Below, piece after piece: positions 1-16,500 of a stretch of 64,000 nucleotides of DNA. The DNA is from Azolla caroliniana (lineage: Eukaryota > Plantae > Polypodiophyta): positions 32,426,001-32,490,000 of the forward strand of contig JBHGNT010000001.1 in assembly GCA_043228905.1 (NCBI GenBank), given 5' to 3'. Numbering within the stretch: position 1 is the stretch's first letter; each line of letters starts with the position of its first letter. The notes under the pieces were generated by a model, which did no database searches, had not been told where the DNA came from, and saw only the letters and a program-made list of their open reading frames with translations. Both the position numbers and the translations under genes were made by a program.

Positions 1-245
1 CCGAGAAGAATCTAATGTAATTTGGAATTTGAGAATGTGTGTGTGTGTGTGTGTGTGTGTATAACAATAAGAGAGAGGTTGAGAATATACTAAGGTTTGA
101 TAATAAATAAATAAAAGGTGAAGAAAAGAATATAAGGTGGTTCAATAAAGGTTGGGAATATACTAGAATTTGAAAGGTAGAGAGAAGTATTCCACTCAAG
201 GAAAGATGCACGTATATATGAATATATAATCCATAATAATAACTC

Positions 246-1145
246 ATGGATAATTCAATTAGGGACTATCCTAATGATCATCATCATCATCCTCATGAAA
301 GGCAATTAGGTGATGATCAAAGGGAGGAAGAAGAGAATGCTAATGATGAGGGGATAGATGTGTATAATGCAACAAGGCATGGTGGGCACGAGCAAGAAGA
401 AGAAGTTAATGACAACAACCATGAAGATGACGAGGAGCTTCTAGTGGTATATAATGTAACGGCCCAACAATTAAGGTATCATATAGCGCAAGCTACCATG
501 GAGGTGGACATGGAAGGCAATGCTACAAGTAATTGTAGCAATGGTGGTGGTTGTGATGGTCCACCAAATGCCCATGTCTCGACAAACACACGATTAGAGG
601 AGGGTCATGATTATTTTGATTGCCATATTTGCATGGATGTGGCACAAGATCCCGTAGTCACATGTTGTGGTCACCTTTTTTGTTGGCCTTGTCTCAGTCG
701 TTGGCTCAATAATTGTGCTAATACTCCGTGCCCTGTATGTAAACATCATCTTCATCCCATTGTCCCCCTTTATGGTCGTGGTAAACCTTACTCCCCTTAT
801 AACATGCTTGGAGACCAATGCCCTCCTCGTCCTCGGCCCCCTATTCTCCTCAGACCTTCCCCGAGCCCCCTTTCATCCTCCACTACTTCCCAAGCTTTAG
901 ATTCTTTCAATCCTTACCCCTTCTCCAACCATTCCCATCTCAATGTTGACATCGACCTCATTGACTCCCCTCATCGTTCCATAACCACTAGTCCAACTCC
1001 CTCTTCTTCAACTTCTTCCTCTTCCAATTTTATTGCCTCCTTTCGTCCATTATCATTCCCTGTGGACGAAGAAAATGAAACCCTTCTAACAAAGCTTTAT
1101 GTTGCCTTTGTTTGTTTAATCATTACTCTTATTATTTTCATGTAA
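246..1145 (+). CDS. RING-HC (C3HC4) E3 ubiquitin ligase, RMA1/RNF5/RNF185-like, tail-anchored
   Basis: 299-aa single-exon ORF with [28 protein letters not shown]...CPVCK, followed by VPLYGRG and PPRP motifs. Hydrophobic C-terminus ([16 protein letters not shown]) and acidic/His-rich N-terminus. Confidence 0.9.
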   Translation: MDNSIRDYPNDHHHHPHERQLGDDQREEEENANDEGIDVYNATRHGGHEQEEEVNDNNHEDDEELLVVYNVTAQQLRYHIAQATMEVDMEGNATSNCSNGGGCDGPPNAHVSTNTRLEEGHDYFDCHICMDVAQDPVVTCCGHLFCWPCLSRWLNNCANTPCPVCKHHLHPIVPLYGRGKPYSPYNMLGDQCPPRPRPPILLRPSPSPLSSSTTSQALDSFNPYPFSNHSHLNVDIDLIDSPHRSITTSPTPSSSTSSSSNFIASFRPLSFPVDEENETLLTKLYVAFVCLIITLIIFM

Positions 1146-3265
1146 CATTCTATTCATCATTTTAAGCCACGTATTTTGCAAAAAGAAACATCTTTATTCA
1201 AACATTTTGGGTTAAAGTTAGATATAAGCAAACATTGGAAAAATGTGTATACAATAATTTTCCTATGCTTTCATGGTATCTAGCCACGTGACTCTAAATT
1301 ATACTATTTCACACGGGGTATCTCTCTGTTTTAACTTTGATGTATAGTTGGTTGTGGATCTTGAGAGGGTCTTGTAGAATGGCAAGTATGTGTCAAGCTT
1401 AGAAAGTAGATAAAAAGTTGGCATTGCTACATTTCGCACAAACAATAATTGATCATGTTCTTTTCACTACGGGCATAAGTTGTTACATAGAATATGAAAA
1501 GAAATGAATCGATGAGTAAAGGATAAAAAGGAAAATAGAAAGTGGTCAAATATGTGTAGACAAGTTCACTAGAAATGTAGTAGATTATATAATCGACACA
1601 AATTTCCAAAATACCACATTAACTTCATGTAGATTTCCAATATTGGTAATTCTACTATTCCATTTGGAAGTACATCGCAATAGTTAGTTTTACTTTGTAT
1701 TTCATTCAAATGTAGATTTCTATTGATAGGTATCCTTTCTTTCCTATTCCATTTAGAAGTAACGTAACATGTTAATCTCATGTATCACGTAATATTTGCA
1801 AAGCTAGTGTTTCATGTTATCAAAATGTAAGATAACATTAAAACACCGGGTTTTGTCCAATGTCAACAATTCAAGGACAATTAATAGTTTTTTGACCCAT
1901 AAGTAAGTCTAGTAGAAGAAAAGAAGACAGTTGGGAAGAGGGTTTTTAAAAGAAAAAAAGCAAGGTAAGCACAACCATATGTCTCTAGACATATTTCATG
2001 GAATTTATTAGATGGTGTATTGAGGACAAGACAATTACAAAACATACAAAGAACTATACCACCTATTGAAGCTCCCTTCGGGAAAACCCAAAAACGCGAA
2101 AATGTCCTAATTGTACCTAGTGTAGGTTTTGTTTGCGTTCAAATGAGCTCATAAGTCGATTAGGAGGGTTCACTAGTTTCATAAGGCAGTTAGGTGTAAA
2201 TAAATCCCACAATCAATATGTACTAGTCTCTTATTCTAAATGTCATGTTCTCAAAGTTGTTTGAATATTGTAAAACAACGTGTAACGCTTAGTAATTGCG
2301 TAAGACCAACAATCATGGATTTAGGAACATTTAGCATGTTCCAACATGTTGTACTCATGAGTATTTGTTACATATCTATCATTTAACATATTGAATGATA
2401 ATGTTTATCGACTTAACAAATTATTGTAGGATGTGCAAGATTTGAGGATGTGGTACATTGGCCATTGTGTGTAAAACCTTTTATTTGTAAATTTGGAAAT
2501 TTGGGCAATGCAAGAACTAACATTTCATTGATATTCTTTTGAACTTGAGGGTGAGGTTTAAGTCAATAATTACAAAGAACATATTACATGATTCTAATTA
2601 TAATTTTTGCATTTAAGCCCTAAATCTCTATGAAACGAGTTACAACAATATAAGGTAGGAATTATGACCAAAAACCACTTGAAATTAATATCATGTTTCA
2701 ACAAAAAACAATGGAGAAAGATTACAAGAATAACTAAAGATATTATATAGTGATGGTGGCTTATGAATTAATCACAAATAAATTTCTTGGCAACCCCTAC
2801 CAATAGACCACCCATTATCGATAATAAAAATACCAATGGCAATGATTAACGAACAAACCTTAGAGTCGAAGAGATTATTGCTCCATGTCATATTCAATGA
2901 GAATCTAGCAAATGAAAATAGACCTCTTGGCTTCGGTATGGATGATGAAGCAAAGAGTCATCAAAGCACTTTGTACAATAGTCAAATCGCCATACGTGTG
3001 CATGGATGCCCATTTGAAATCTCGACAATGGTGTTGGAGCTTAGAAATAATACACATCCATCCCATGTCCTTCCAACGGCAACAATCGAGGAAGACGAAG
3101 ACGAAGCAAAAGTGGTGACAAAATTTGATCAAATTTCACAAAGGTCTTAAGGAAAGCTCAAGGTCTCAAGGCCAGGGGCATTCCGGGAAAATATTTGAGA
3201 AGTGAAGTGAAGTGACAAGGAAGGTGGAGAGGGGTACCAGCCGAGATTTTATTTCCTGTTTTTTT

Positions 3266-3273
3266 TAGGGTTT
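3266..3273 (-). promoter_or_regulatory. Telo-box (AAACCCTA) upstream of RPS5
   Basis: TAGGGTTT about 115 bp upstream of the RPS5 ATG. Telo-boxes are typical of plant ribosomal protein promoters. Confidence 0.5.
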
Positions 3274-3386
3274 ACACAGACAATGTGAAAGCTCTTTCCA
3301 TCTGCGTCTTGAAGGCAAAGAACGAAGGACGAAGGCAACGGAGCAGGAGGTGTTAGGGCTTCTGCTGTGTTCCGCGCGAGGAGGCG

Positions 3387-5352
<1,966 letters not shown>

Positions 5353-5899
5353 GCATTGGCTATATCTCGAAAGCTAATACAGTGAAGATGATGGAACATA
5401 AATTTTTTCTTCGAGTTTTGATAGCTAGGCTGCTAGATATGTTTCTTTATTTGTGTACACGTGCGAGTCTCATGCTTGTAATATGATTTCTGATACGCTA
5501 ATGGTAATTGAAATTCAATGAGAAGTGATTTCAAATGGAGTACCCAAGGTAGAGATAAACTGAGTAAAACAATTTTATTCCATTGAGGTTAAAAAAGAGT
5601 CTCATATTTTATCCTTCTGTCCATATTTGTGGATCCTTAGGTGTCCTTCCACACATTTTTAGAGCATCTGCCTGTTGTGTGATAGGCGGTGGTCTCATTT
5701 GCAGCTGCTATACTTTTTCTTCTCTTTTACAAAAGATCATTTCTAATTGTGCTTCAATTCTCCACCTAAGCTTTTCGTATATTTATTACACCTCATCTTT
5801 ATTTATGTTTACTTCCAAGGTCACTACGATCTAATGCCCTCCTTTCTCTTTCATGTCGTAAATGTTTCGTAATTATGAGATGACACATGCATACTCAAT

Positions 5900-7107
5900 A
5901 TTTAATATAATTGCAATAATTACATCAGGATCATCATCTATCTTTAGACATACCTCATTCAACCTAGTGAAGGAGGCATTAAGCAATCTATTGAAGATTT
6001 TGTCCTATTGTTTGGTTTTCTAATAACATTTGATTAGTTATGCAAAATATGTACATCCATCATACCTTGGCTTGCTTTGATTGCGTCCGGACCTTTGAGC
6101 CATTTCCCCATAGAAGTGAGCTTTGGCACTGTCATCGAAGCTCTTCTAACAACATTGCCCCGATTGCTTCTTTGAGCTGTTGGTGATGATCATGCAAAAT
6201 ACTTTGCTACTTGTTAGGAGGCTCGAAAGGAGTGCAAGTGCCTTGACTTCTTCTTCAAAGTTCAGACTTTGCGAGGAGAGTTTTGTTAACACCCAACTAA
6301 AGGTGTTGATATGGGAGGTCATCGGCTTTGTCTCCCTCATCTTCATGTTGAACAATTGCCGAATTGACATGAGTTTGGAAGAGCTTGACTTCTTCTCGTA
6401 TATAGTTTGAAGGTTCTCCCATAGGGCAAATGCAATTAATTCTTTTGCCATGTTGAAGTAGGTGTTTTCAGCTAGATGTATTCAGATGGTCGATCTCGTT
6501 GAGTGACCATTGTTCTTTGGTTGTCATCGTTGACGGTCTTTTGTTGTGCCTTATCACTTCGATCTGGTGTCGTATGATCAATACATCTTGCATCATCTCT
6601 TTCCATAGGGAAAATTTTTGTTGTCAAACTTCCTGATCTCACAACCTATAGTGAATGTTGAGGCCATTGTTCTTTTGGAGGTGTTTGTTAGCCTGGTCTT
6701 TTCCTTCAAACTTCTCCCTCTTCTTATATTCATGTTGCCTGGTTCCAATTCACTCTAATACCACTTGTTGGCACTTGTGTAGTGTCTGGTTTACTACTGT
6801 GTGTAGTCAGTTAGTCAACTTTGGTAAACTATGCGGAAACAAGTATGGATCTTGTGGTTGTGGAGCAAACAAGTGTAGAGTAGGCATGAGGTCTTGTGTT
6901 CTTCTTGATCTGAGAGTGCTATACAAAATGTACAGAGAACACAAATATACACGGAAACTGTTATATGGGAAAAAGGAGACGTTGCATTATTTGTCAATCT
7001 ATACAAGGAGGAATACCTCCCATTTATACATGAGGGTACTTAACCCGAACTCTAAGGAGAGTTCACACTAGAAGTACAATGCCACGAGTGGGACTTTTAG
7101 CCCAACA
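5900..7107 (-). mobile_element. Truncated Ty1/copia element: 5' LTR (6766-7107), tRNA-iMet-like PBS, degenerate gag
   Basis: Segment 6766-7107 is bounded by TGTTGG...CCAACA. On the minus strand the LTR end CAACA is followed by AG TGGTATTAGAG (iMet-type PBS). ORF 6146-6451 reads LWENLQTIYEKKSSSSKLMSIRQLFNMKM...KALALLSSL (copia gag/UBN2-like). Left boundary approximate. Confidence 0.8.
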
Positions 7108-10100
7108 TCCATAACACCAAGGATACCACCTAGAAGTTCCATCTTTGGTGTTCATATGAACCTACTCCTAAAGTCATCGATAGAAGGGGAATAATGTCAT
7201 GCCCATCAAGAAGATTGTGTGGCGGGTGTGTGTAGATTGTGTGCTTGGATTGCATGGCCTATTTCGAGGTTCATTACTTTTAGGGAAGAAACATGTTTTT
7301 ATTTTTAGATAAAAGTCATATCTTCATTTTAGAGAAAAAGAATAGTTTATGCTAGATCTCATGTAATGTGTGAAAGGGGGTTCCTCCCAATTGGTAAGAT
7401 TTGATGTAGAGATGTTTTGATTAAATCACAGTGTATTTTGGTCTCATTATTAAGTTCCCTATTGCAAAAGGAATGGCGGGGTTTGAAAACCTCAAATCAC
7501 ATTTTTCCAAGAAATTAATTTTTTATTATTTTATTTACTTTCTTTTGTTGTTTCCTTTTAAGATTATGCAAGCATTAATGAGGCATCATTCTGAGCAAAA
7601 CTAAGCATCATCATGTTATTCAAGATATACTCACATTCGGTAGTTGAGTTTATGTGTGTATCTCTCCAATATATAGACGTAGAATTCATATTTTGAGTTG
7701 TTTGTATACCTTTCCTTCTTGGTCATATGCATTTTTTATCCTGTGGCTCGTTGCCCCTAAGTGAAAGTCCATGAATTATTATCCCTTTGTGGATGCATCT
7801 ATGATGGATTTTTTGTATGTCATGGAACAAATTTGTTGCCCTCATTGTGTTTGAAGATTAATAATAAACATACAATTAATTATACCCCATACCAAGATGT
7901 TTAGATCACATGCATAATTGTATAGTGTTGGCATATGACAATCTTTCATATGTAATTAAATAAGCAATTGGGTTTTCCATGTTATGGATGTTGCTGATTA
8001 AGCAACTTTCTCTCTCTAATTAAAAACACAACAAAGATATGCCATCACAACTTTGATGTATATAATGGATTCTTTGTAAATGTAGTTTCTTATGCACAAT
8101 ATAAGAGGCAATGTCTTTTCATTGTGGTTATGGCACCTAATGTCTTACTTGCGTATGTGTGTCTAAAAAATGGGGTGTTAGGCTCTCCTACTTTTATGTT
8201 TTAGGGTAAAGAGGTGGGTAATACGTCTTATTTTTACAGGTTATGACAAGGGTGTCGAGTAATGATTGGCCATCTTATTATTATAGGTGTGAGAAAGGGG
8301 TTGCTAATAGCACATCCAACCATGTGTTATAAATATGGGTTTATGATGAATTTATGCTTGAACCTAAGGATAAGTCAATGCCATGAGGTTCTTGTGGGAC
8401 GTAACACAACTCTTGGTGTAGTCATCATTTCATATGTTGAGAATTTGAGGACACATGGTACAAACTTGAAATGTAGGACTTGTGTGTTTGTTATGCTTAA
8501 ATATGTCAACGTTACATTGCAATCTTTTGCAAGAAAAGAACTAATATATACCCTTCTAGACAAAGAGACAAAACAAGGATTGGATTCACATGAGAAATAC
8601 CCTTCACATTAAATTCAACTAACTAGTACACCAAGTTAACTCAATAACATATAAATATAGTGCAAAGTTCACTCATATCGTATTTCCAATTCACATTAAC
8701 CTAACAATTGGGTGAAATCAAGCATAAGTTGGCATTGTTTCCCCTATAGTGCAAAATGATACATCAATTTAGTTGGAATATACAAAAAACTCTATTGAAA
8801 TTTGATAGTAAAAAAAATAGCATGGCACAAAATGATTTGAATAGGGGCACCTAAGGAAGTGTATTGTCCTTTTGATCTTCTTACACTTTCTTTCCTATAA
8901 ACTATCTCTCTCTTCAAATATTGGTGAGGGAAAAAAACCATTACACCGTTCAATCATAATATTTTGCCTTTCTTGGCAATAAATGGCTAAAATAGGGGCA
9001 TGGAAAAGAAGAAAACATTGCTTCTATTAGGTATGATGTGAACAATCAGATTTGTAGTTCTCGACATATGAAATAAAACTTAGATATTTGGGAGGGCTAT
9101 GGAACTTAAATAGCTCATAAAGTGATATGAGCAATACTACAATGTCCAATCAACATAAGGTTAACAATGTTTTAGATTATATATACTTTAATGTTATGTT
9201 ATTGAAGCTCGCACCTTGGCTCTCATAGAACAAAAATATGCAAGTTGTTAAGAAATTTGACTTTCTCATACCAAAGTAGCATGATCAACAAACACGCAAG
9301 AATATTCTTGATTATGTAGGGATATTACTTTTTCTTCTAGTATTCAACAAAGCATATGCTTTGCTTGGGATTTAGAGCATAGTAATGCCGTTTCAAGGGG
9401 ATTTCTTTATTTGTTGCTTCTTTTCAAACGAAGATTTTATATCCAATCAAATTATCATAAAGCGAAGTATTCACAACTTATAAGATAGAAGCTTGTTATC
9501 GAAGTTGAGATTCGTCATCATGCATGAGATCCTACGAGTTTATACATGCCGAATATACTTGTAAATTGTATGCCAATTGGAATATGCTCTAGCTCATATA
9601 ATTGAACGAGACATGCCTGCACCACGTATGCTCGAGATGGTGGTTGTAGTCTATTAAAGTAACCAATCATATAAAAGGAGAAAACGGTCATCGCCATCCA
9701 ATGACCTTTCAAACTTTATATGTGGGACATTTCCGTAATATGTGGATGCGTCTCTTTTACACTAATTTCACATGAAAAGAAGACGCAACTAATGCCAAAG
9801 CCAATCACACGGAGCACATGCAAGTGTAGTTACGTCATAAAAGAATTTTTGCAAACAAAAGAAGGGATGGTCAAGCGCAAATGTGTTATAAGAAATCATT
9901 GACCCACATTAAATTGGGTAAATGAGAGAGAGACATGACCGTCACATGAAATAGGATATAGAGTTCAAAGTCAGTTTCTTAAAACACATTTGAGTGTAGT
10001 TATGCCATGAAAGAAACCCATAAAAACAAAAAACATTGCCAAACATAAATGTCGTATTGTCAAGGATAAATAGCTATCCAAGTTAAATTGGATGAATGAT

Positions 10101-11269
10101 TGAGAGAGATACAAGTTTACTTTTGTGGCTTCAACAAAAGGTTGTAGACTTGTAGTATGTTTTTCAATAGGGGGTCTCATTACTTTATTAATCTATCTTA
10201 ATGATTGGCATTGTCATATACCAACAACCCTTGAAGCTCACACATAATGAGTATGAAAATTGTTCCATCGAGGTTATCACTATGATGTCGTGGAAGTGAT
10301 TGAGTCTAATACTCGACTATCTTGTGGTTACAAACTCTAAAATGATAGCCTTTTTAGGAAGCATTGGAGCAATTCTTTGCGGCTTCGAGATGGTTTAATC
10401 CTTCACAAAGAAAATATTAATTGCACAAACTTGGATAACATTATAGAAGGACAATATTAATTACGTCCTACCATTGACTTAGACACACTAACTTTGAACT
10501 TATATTCAATAACCACAATCATCCTACTATCAAATGTGCACTTTAGCACCTTGAAACAATTAGATTTTCCCATAGGTGGGTGCATTTATGAACCATTGGG
10601 ATGAAACAACCACGTTGCTCTCTCCTTTATGAATACACCTTTCACTATGATGAACCAATCCAAGTGTTCTTCCAAAGGTAGAATTGGTACATTTATGATT
10701 AATTTCATCCACATAAAGGAAACATTTGCAATATCACGACACATGATGAAACATAATAGAATGCTAGTGTGGCTCTTAATTGGCATCGGGCGACAAAACT
10801 TATCTTCATCTGGGAAGTTAGAGGAAAAAAGACTTTTAGGGAACATGATGGTTCTTCTATGTACGCAATATGATGTAATTTGAGGTAGTGCAACCAATCC
10901 CCTACGTGTCACACAAAATTGAGTGAATATTCTAAGAATGTACTTGAATTGATGTTCCTATGCACATAATACAATGTACCATGGATGAGTGAATGAAACA
11001 TACACGAATGAACACCTATGTGCAAAATCATGATTTGTTAACATATGCTCTTCTGCTACACACCACAATATAATGTGACCAAGTAAACATTTCTTGAACG
11101 CGATGCGTTCGTGTCATGTCTTTTACATTTACTTGTGTTTGGTTGATACCCCTAGAAAACACAAGTAAATAAACAACATATTTTAACAAGGGTGTCTTTT
11201 TTTGTCAGTGTAATGTGCACGATGCATGGAGGGGGGGTGAGGGTGATAGGTGGAAAGTCGGTGAACTAG

Positions 11270-11309
<40 letters not shown>

Positions 11310-11609
11310 GAAAAAACAAAATCCCAAACTTGTACAAAGGGAAAAAAGGAAAAGGCAACAACAATAGTGGAAGAAGAAGGGAAGCAAGTGACATATAAGA
11401 ATTTGAAGGCGAAGAGAAGTGGGCGATGGATGCCAAAGGGGCATCAACTCAGTGGGCAAGGGTTTGTGCTGAATGGAGAGTAGAAGGTCCAAACATTGAA
11501 TCGCCACGATCATGTAAAAGAGAAGAAACAAAAAAAAACAAAGAGTGTAAGATCAACCCACTGAGGGAGGGTGATGTACTTGGGTTTGGATCGGTAGAGA
11601 GAGAGAAGG

Positions 11610-11745
11610 TGTAGGGTTAATAGAAGGCGGCGGGTTCGATGATAAATGACAACAACGTTCTCGAGGGACAAGGTCTAGGGTTAATAGAAGGCGGTGGGTT
11701 TGATGATAAAATACATACCGAAAACATTCTCGACGAACGGACATA
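11610..11745. repeat. Imperfect ~63-bp tandem duplication upstream of PLD
   Basis: TAGGGTTAATAGAAGGCGG(C/T)GGGTT(C/T)GATGATAAA occurs at ~11612 and ~11676. Confidence 0.7.
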
Positions 11746-12502
11746 CTGACGGGACATATGGAAGTGTGGGCCTACTACGAGGAAGAAGAAGAGAGTCAAT
11801 CAATCATTCATTCATGAGGCTGGATTGGATTGGATTGGATTGGATTTGAACCCAGAACCTAGAAGTCACAAAACACATAAAAAATGTCTGAAGAAGAAAA
11901 GTTATAAAGCAGGCGAGGAAATGAGGCAGAGGAAACAGGGGAGGGAGGGGGTGGTGAATTGATCAGAAGAGAAGCCACCATAGCCATAGCCATAGCCACA
12001 GCCATAACTAGAATCAGCAAAGAGCAGCGGGAAGAAGAAGAAGAAGAAGAAGAAGAAGAAGAAGAAGAACTGCATTTGAAGTCATAATAATTAATAGACA
12101 GAAGCAAAGAGGAAGGAAACAATGCAGAGAAGCAAAACAACACCATAGCCAGAAACATAAACAGGCAGGAGGAGTATAGCCCAAAGCTCTATCTCTTGCC
12201 TTTCTATCTCAGTCCTTCCTTCTTTCATGGTTCCCCATTCCTCCGTTTCCTATAGAGAAAAAAGAACACCGACAGGGCTTGGTTCGTGCATTAATTTCTT
12301 TATCTTCCTTCTTAGCTCCTCTCCATTTCTGTCCCTCGTACAAGAGAGAAAGAGAAAGAGAAACAAAACGGAGAACCACGAGGAAAATCCCCGCATCAAT
12401 TCCTTCTTCTTCCTTCTACCGATCCTACAAAACAAGAAAGAAAAAGATCACAGTTTTTCATTTCAATCTCGTCTTCTTTCGTAGTAAGTAAATTGGGTAG
12501 GG

Positions 12503-13460
12503 ATGACAACTCAATCTGATTCTGATCCTTCTTATTCACATAATGTTCACATTGGAGCAGCAGCAGTGGAGACAAATACCTCCGCCACTCTCACCACCCC
12601 TCTGCTTGGGCCCTGCCAAGATGGGGAGCATATCTTTGATGAGCTTCCATCAGCTGTGGTCATCGAGGCCTCACGACCCGAAGCCCATGACATCAGCCAT
12701 TTCCAGCTTGTATATACAATTGAAGTCCACTACAAACAGGTTAGATTACTTTTGAACAACAAATAATTCTGTTTTATTTATTTATTTAGTGATTGTGCTC
12801 TCTTTACATATGGTAGATGTAAATCAGATATTCATAATCGACATTTACCTGAAAGTATTTAGTTCTGCTGCAGCATTTTGGCCTACCTGCTCTCTAATGG
12901 ACATGATAGAAAGGTGTATGATATGAGAAATTGAGTTTGTATTATCATCCTCATCAAAAGTTCAAAGTCCGTCTATTCTCATAGGAAGATTTAGTGTTAC
13001 CTCAATTTCATCTGTAGTTGAATTGCTTATTGCATCAGATTTGGTTTCATGAAACGATATTCATGAAGTCATCCAAGAAATATCTGCATGAAACTGATTT
13101 ATATCTACATAGTTGGAGCATTGTATGGGTTCATCCTCAGATATGTGGAGGAGATGGTCTAAATAGAAGGCCACCTTCTCTCTAACTCTTGTGGAGGCTT
13201 GATCTATGTCCTAGTCTCTAGCTGAATGACATCCTGTCTAACAGCTTTGTTTATCTTTGGGTGAGCCAATGTGAGACATGGTGCATCTAAGGACTACTAA
13301 AACAATGTAACTCAAACCGTAATGGTATTCAGATATACAAACACGAGTGTCTCCCTCACTCACCAAACGTGGAGAGAACCCTTTAGCCAACATGACAAAA
13401 TTTCTCTCTGTTTCACCCTCTCCAAATTAATTCTAAACTCAAGAATAAGGGTTCATTATC

Positions 13461-13519
<59 letters not shown>

Positions 13520-16500
13520 TTATATTAATTACAGAATGTATGACTATAGTAGATGAGGCTCTATATCAAACAAATCCCATCTGATTCCCCAATATATCCC
13601 TTATCACTTAATTTCTCTGGATGGACCTATTCTGTTATGTTACCTAATGGCCAATGATTCCACTGCCCTTCCAAACAAGGATTTGGTCCACTATGCAAGG
13701 GAAATCAATTAATGGCTACGCAAGTAGGGTCTCAAATACAACATTTGGCAGGAGCTACAGTAGAACATGCTATAACAATTTGCCATGCACCTCTGGACCC
13801 CTTTTCATTGACAAGTAACTCTGAATGCGAAAAATCAATTAATGACTACACCAGTAGGGTCTCAAACCCAACATTTGGAAGGGGTTACAGTAGAATATGC
13901 TACAGCAATTTGTTGTGCACATCTGAAACAGGACCCTGTAATCCTTTTCGTTGACAAGTAAAGGCCATTCTGGCCCGACTTCGAAGGTGGTTCCCTTGCT
14001 TCTGAGACATCTTCGTCTTGGAGCGAACCATGTTGAAGATCATTCGAATGTAGAAATTTCACTCTCTCTAGGCTTGAAATTTTTAAATGCTTAGCTAACT
14101 AGATCTTAGGCACCTTGGGCAATTCCATTAATTTAATTATATTTGTTTTGATGGGTTGTTGTCAAAGATAATACAACATTTTAAGATGTAATCTCTCGTT
14201 TGGTCTCAGAGGCCATTTTGGCCTCTTAAAAGATGTCAACATATCTTTCTTTCTTTCTTTCTCCACTGCATGTGTTAAGATATATTTTCAAGGATCTTCA
14301 GGAAACCTGAAGCTTTTATTTCTTTTAGTATGGATAGCCCAACTTGCAATCATGATTTGCCCCATTGGTCGATTTTGGCAGCGGCCTTTAGTAGATGTTA
14401 GCATATCCTTCATATTTTCCTCTCCTTCTGTATCCAACAGATTTGGAAGCTCCTCCCAAATGAAAAGGTGCCCAAGATTGGCACTTGTGTCATTAAAACA
14501 ACTGGCCCAAAATGGAGACAATAATTATTGGTACATTGAAATGCAAGAATGGTTCCAATCACATGGCATAAATATAAGTGCGCTACGCCAGTTCCTATAC
14601 AGTTTGGGTTGTCCACACCTGAACATGATCAAAATGGTAAAGAATAGAGTGATCTTAACGGATATCATTAAATTGGTTAATGCAAAAACATGGATCATCT
14701 TCACATCTCTTGGTAGGATGGATTTATCATCAGGTTTTGCTAGACATCTTACTGATATCATTAAATTGGATAATGCAAAAACTCAAATCATCTTCACTTC
14801 TCCTGGCAGGATGTATTTATCATCATGTCTTGTATGAATAAACATCTATGCCATGCAATCTGTATTGCAATAGGGAAGCTTAGAACCTCTTCACATAAAT
14901 TAGGGATTGATACAGGAAAATATGCACACCAATCTATGGAAGAATGGATCTTCCAATTGTGCCATTGCGGAGGAACATATATTTTCCATTGTGTTGTTTC
15001 TTTTGATGAAATACAAGGAACACTATATCTTGGAATTGGAGGAACACTGTATTTTCCATTGTGCTGTTTTTTTTATGAAATACGAGGAAAATACCACTTC
15101 CGCTTCAAACAAGATTTGGCTGACTATGCAAGGTAATGGAATATAAAGCACAATGGTGCGTGGGACTGTTATTGCTAGAAATCAAGAGACAGAAAAGTTA
15201 TTAACAGACAATAATACAACCACAGCACCTCATCATCAACAACGAACCATAAATATTTTCTTTAGATCCCTCACTTCTCATGCTACAAGTCAATCGAGGG
15301 CTACAGAAGTAGGGTCTCGACTGCAACACTCCAAAGGGGATACAAAAGACTGGGAAATTGCAATTTGTCATGTATATAGGCCATGCCTATCTGGACAATG
15401 GTTCCGTCACCCTTATCATCAACAAATAAAGGTCGTAATCACCTGGCATTGAAGGTGTTTTTCTCACTCTAGAGACCCTTCCATCTTGGATTGTCACATT
15501 TTGGATATAGTTTGAAGGAATCTGAGTTTGGGATGTTAATTGCTTATCTAACTAGATTCTCTGGTACCTTAGGTAGTTCGACTAATTTAGCTATATATTT
15601 TGGTTTGTTCATAAATATGAGTCTACATTTAAAGATGTAATATCTTGTTCGGTATCAGAGGCCTTTTTGGTCTCTTAAAAGACACTAATAACATATTCTT
15701 CTTTCTTTTCTTTATTTGAATCTCCACTTGAGTTCACGCACACGTACTCGGTGAACTTTGTCATAGCCTCACTCTACTGCATCAACCAGCATCAGATATC
15801 ATGTCCCCTCACCACGACTCATCCTATACATATTAGCTATGCTCTTCTCTCTCGTAAAACGATCTCAAGAATCATTATCAATTGTAAAGTGACCTCATGC
15901 ATTAAGATCATGGTTCATTATCATGGATCTTAGGAAACCTAGAAATTTTTACTTTTTTTAAGTATGGATAGCTCAATTTTATACACATGACTTGTCTCAT
16001 GGGCCGATTATGACCTCTATTAGACATTAATATCTTTCTTTATTTCACACACACAAACTCTCTCTCACTCCACTAACTTTAAGTTGGATTGTAAATGTTC
16101 ATTAACAATTCTCTCTCTCTCTCTCTCTCTCTCAAGTAACACTATCTAAGATCTAAAAACAAGTCTTTCATTGCCTTATGTTATTACTCTTATATCATTA
16201 TTCTTATTTGAATATTGTTGCACACTTGTAATTTTGACTTTTAAAAGATATTTGCAAATCTGAAAGAAAGATTTGGATCTATATAGTGATCTATTTATAA
16301 ACTCATTTTTGGCTTGTATCTTGATATCCATTTTCTTGGCAGTTTCATTGGAAACTTGTTAAGAAGGCATCACAGGTCCTTTTGTTGCATTTTGACTTGA
16401 AAAAGAGAGCATTAATTGAAGAGCTACAGGAGAAGCAGGAGCAGGTATAAGCATTTCTTAATGTGATACGTTGCATATCAATGTGACAAGTTCTCATATT

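Noticed and set aside
2836-3150. 104-aa ORF upstream of RPS5
   Set aside because: No recognisable motif or splice context; it lies in the probable promoter.
11859-12491. Short ORFs upstream of PLD
   Set aside because: Low-complexity (GAA)n and (GCCATA)n promoter/5'UTR sequence.
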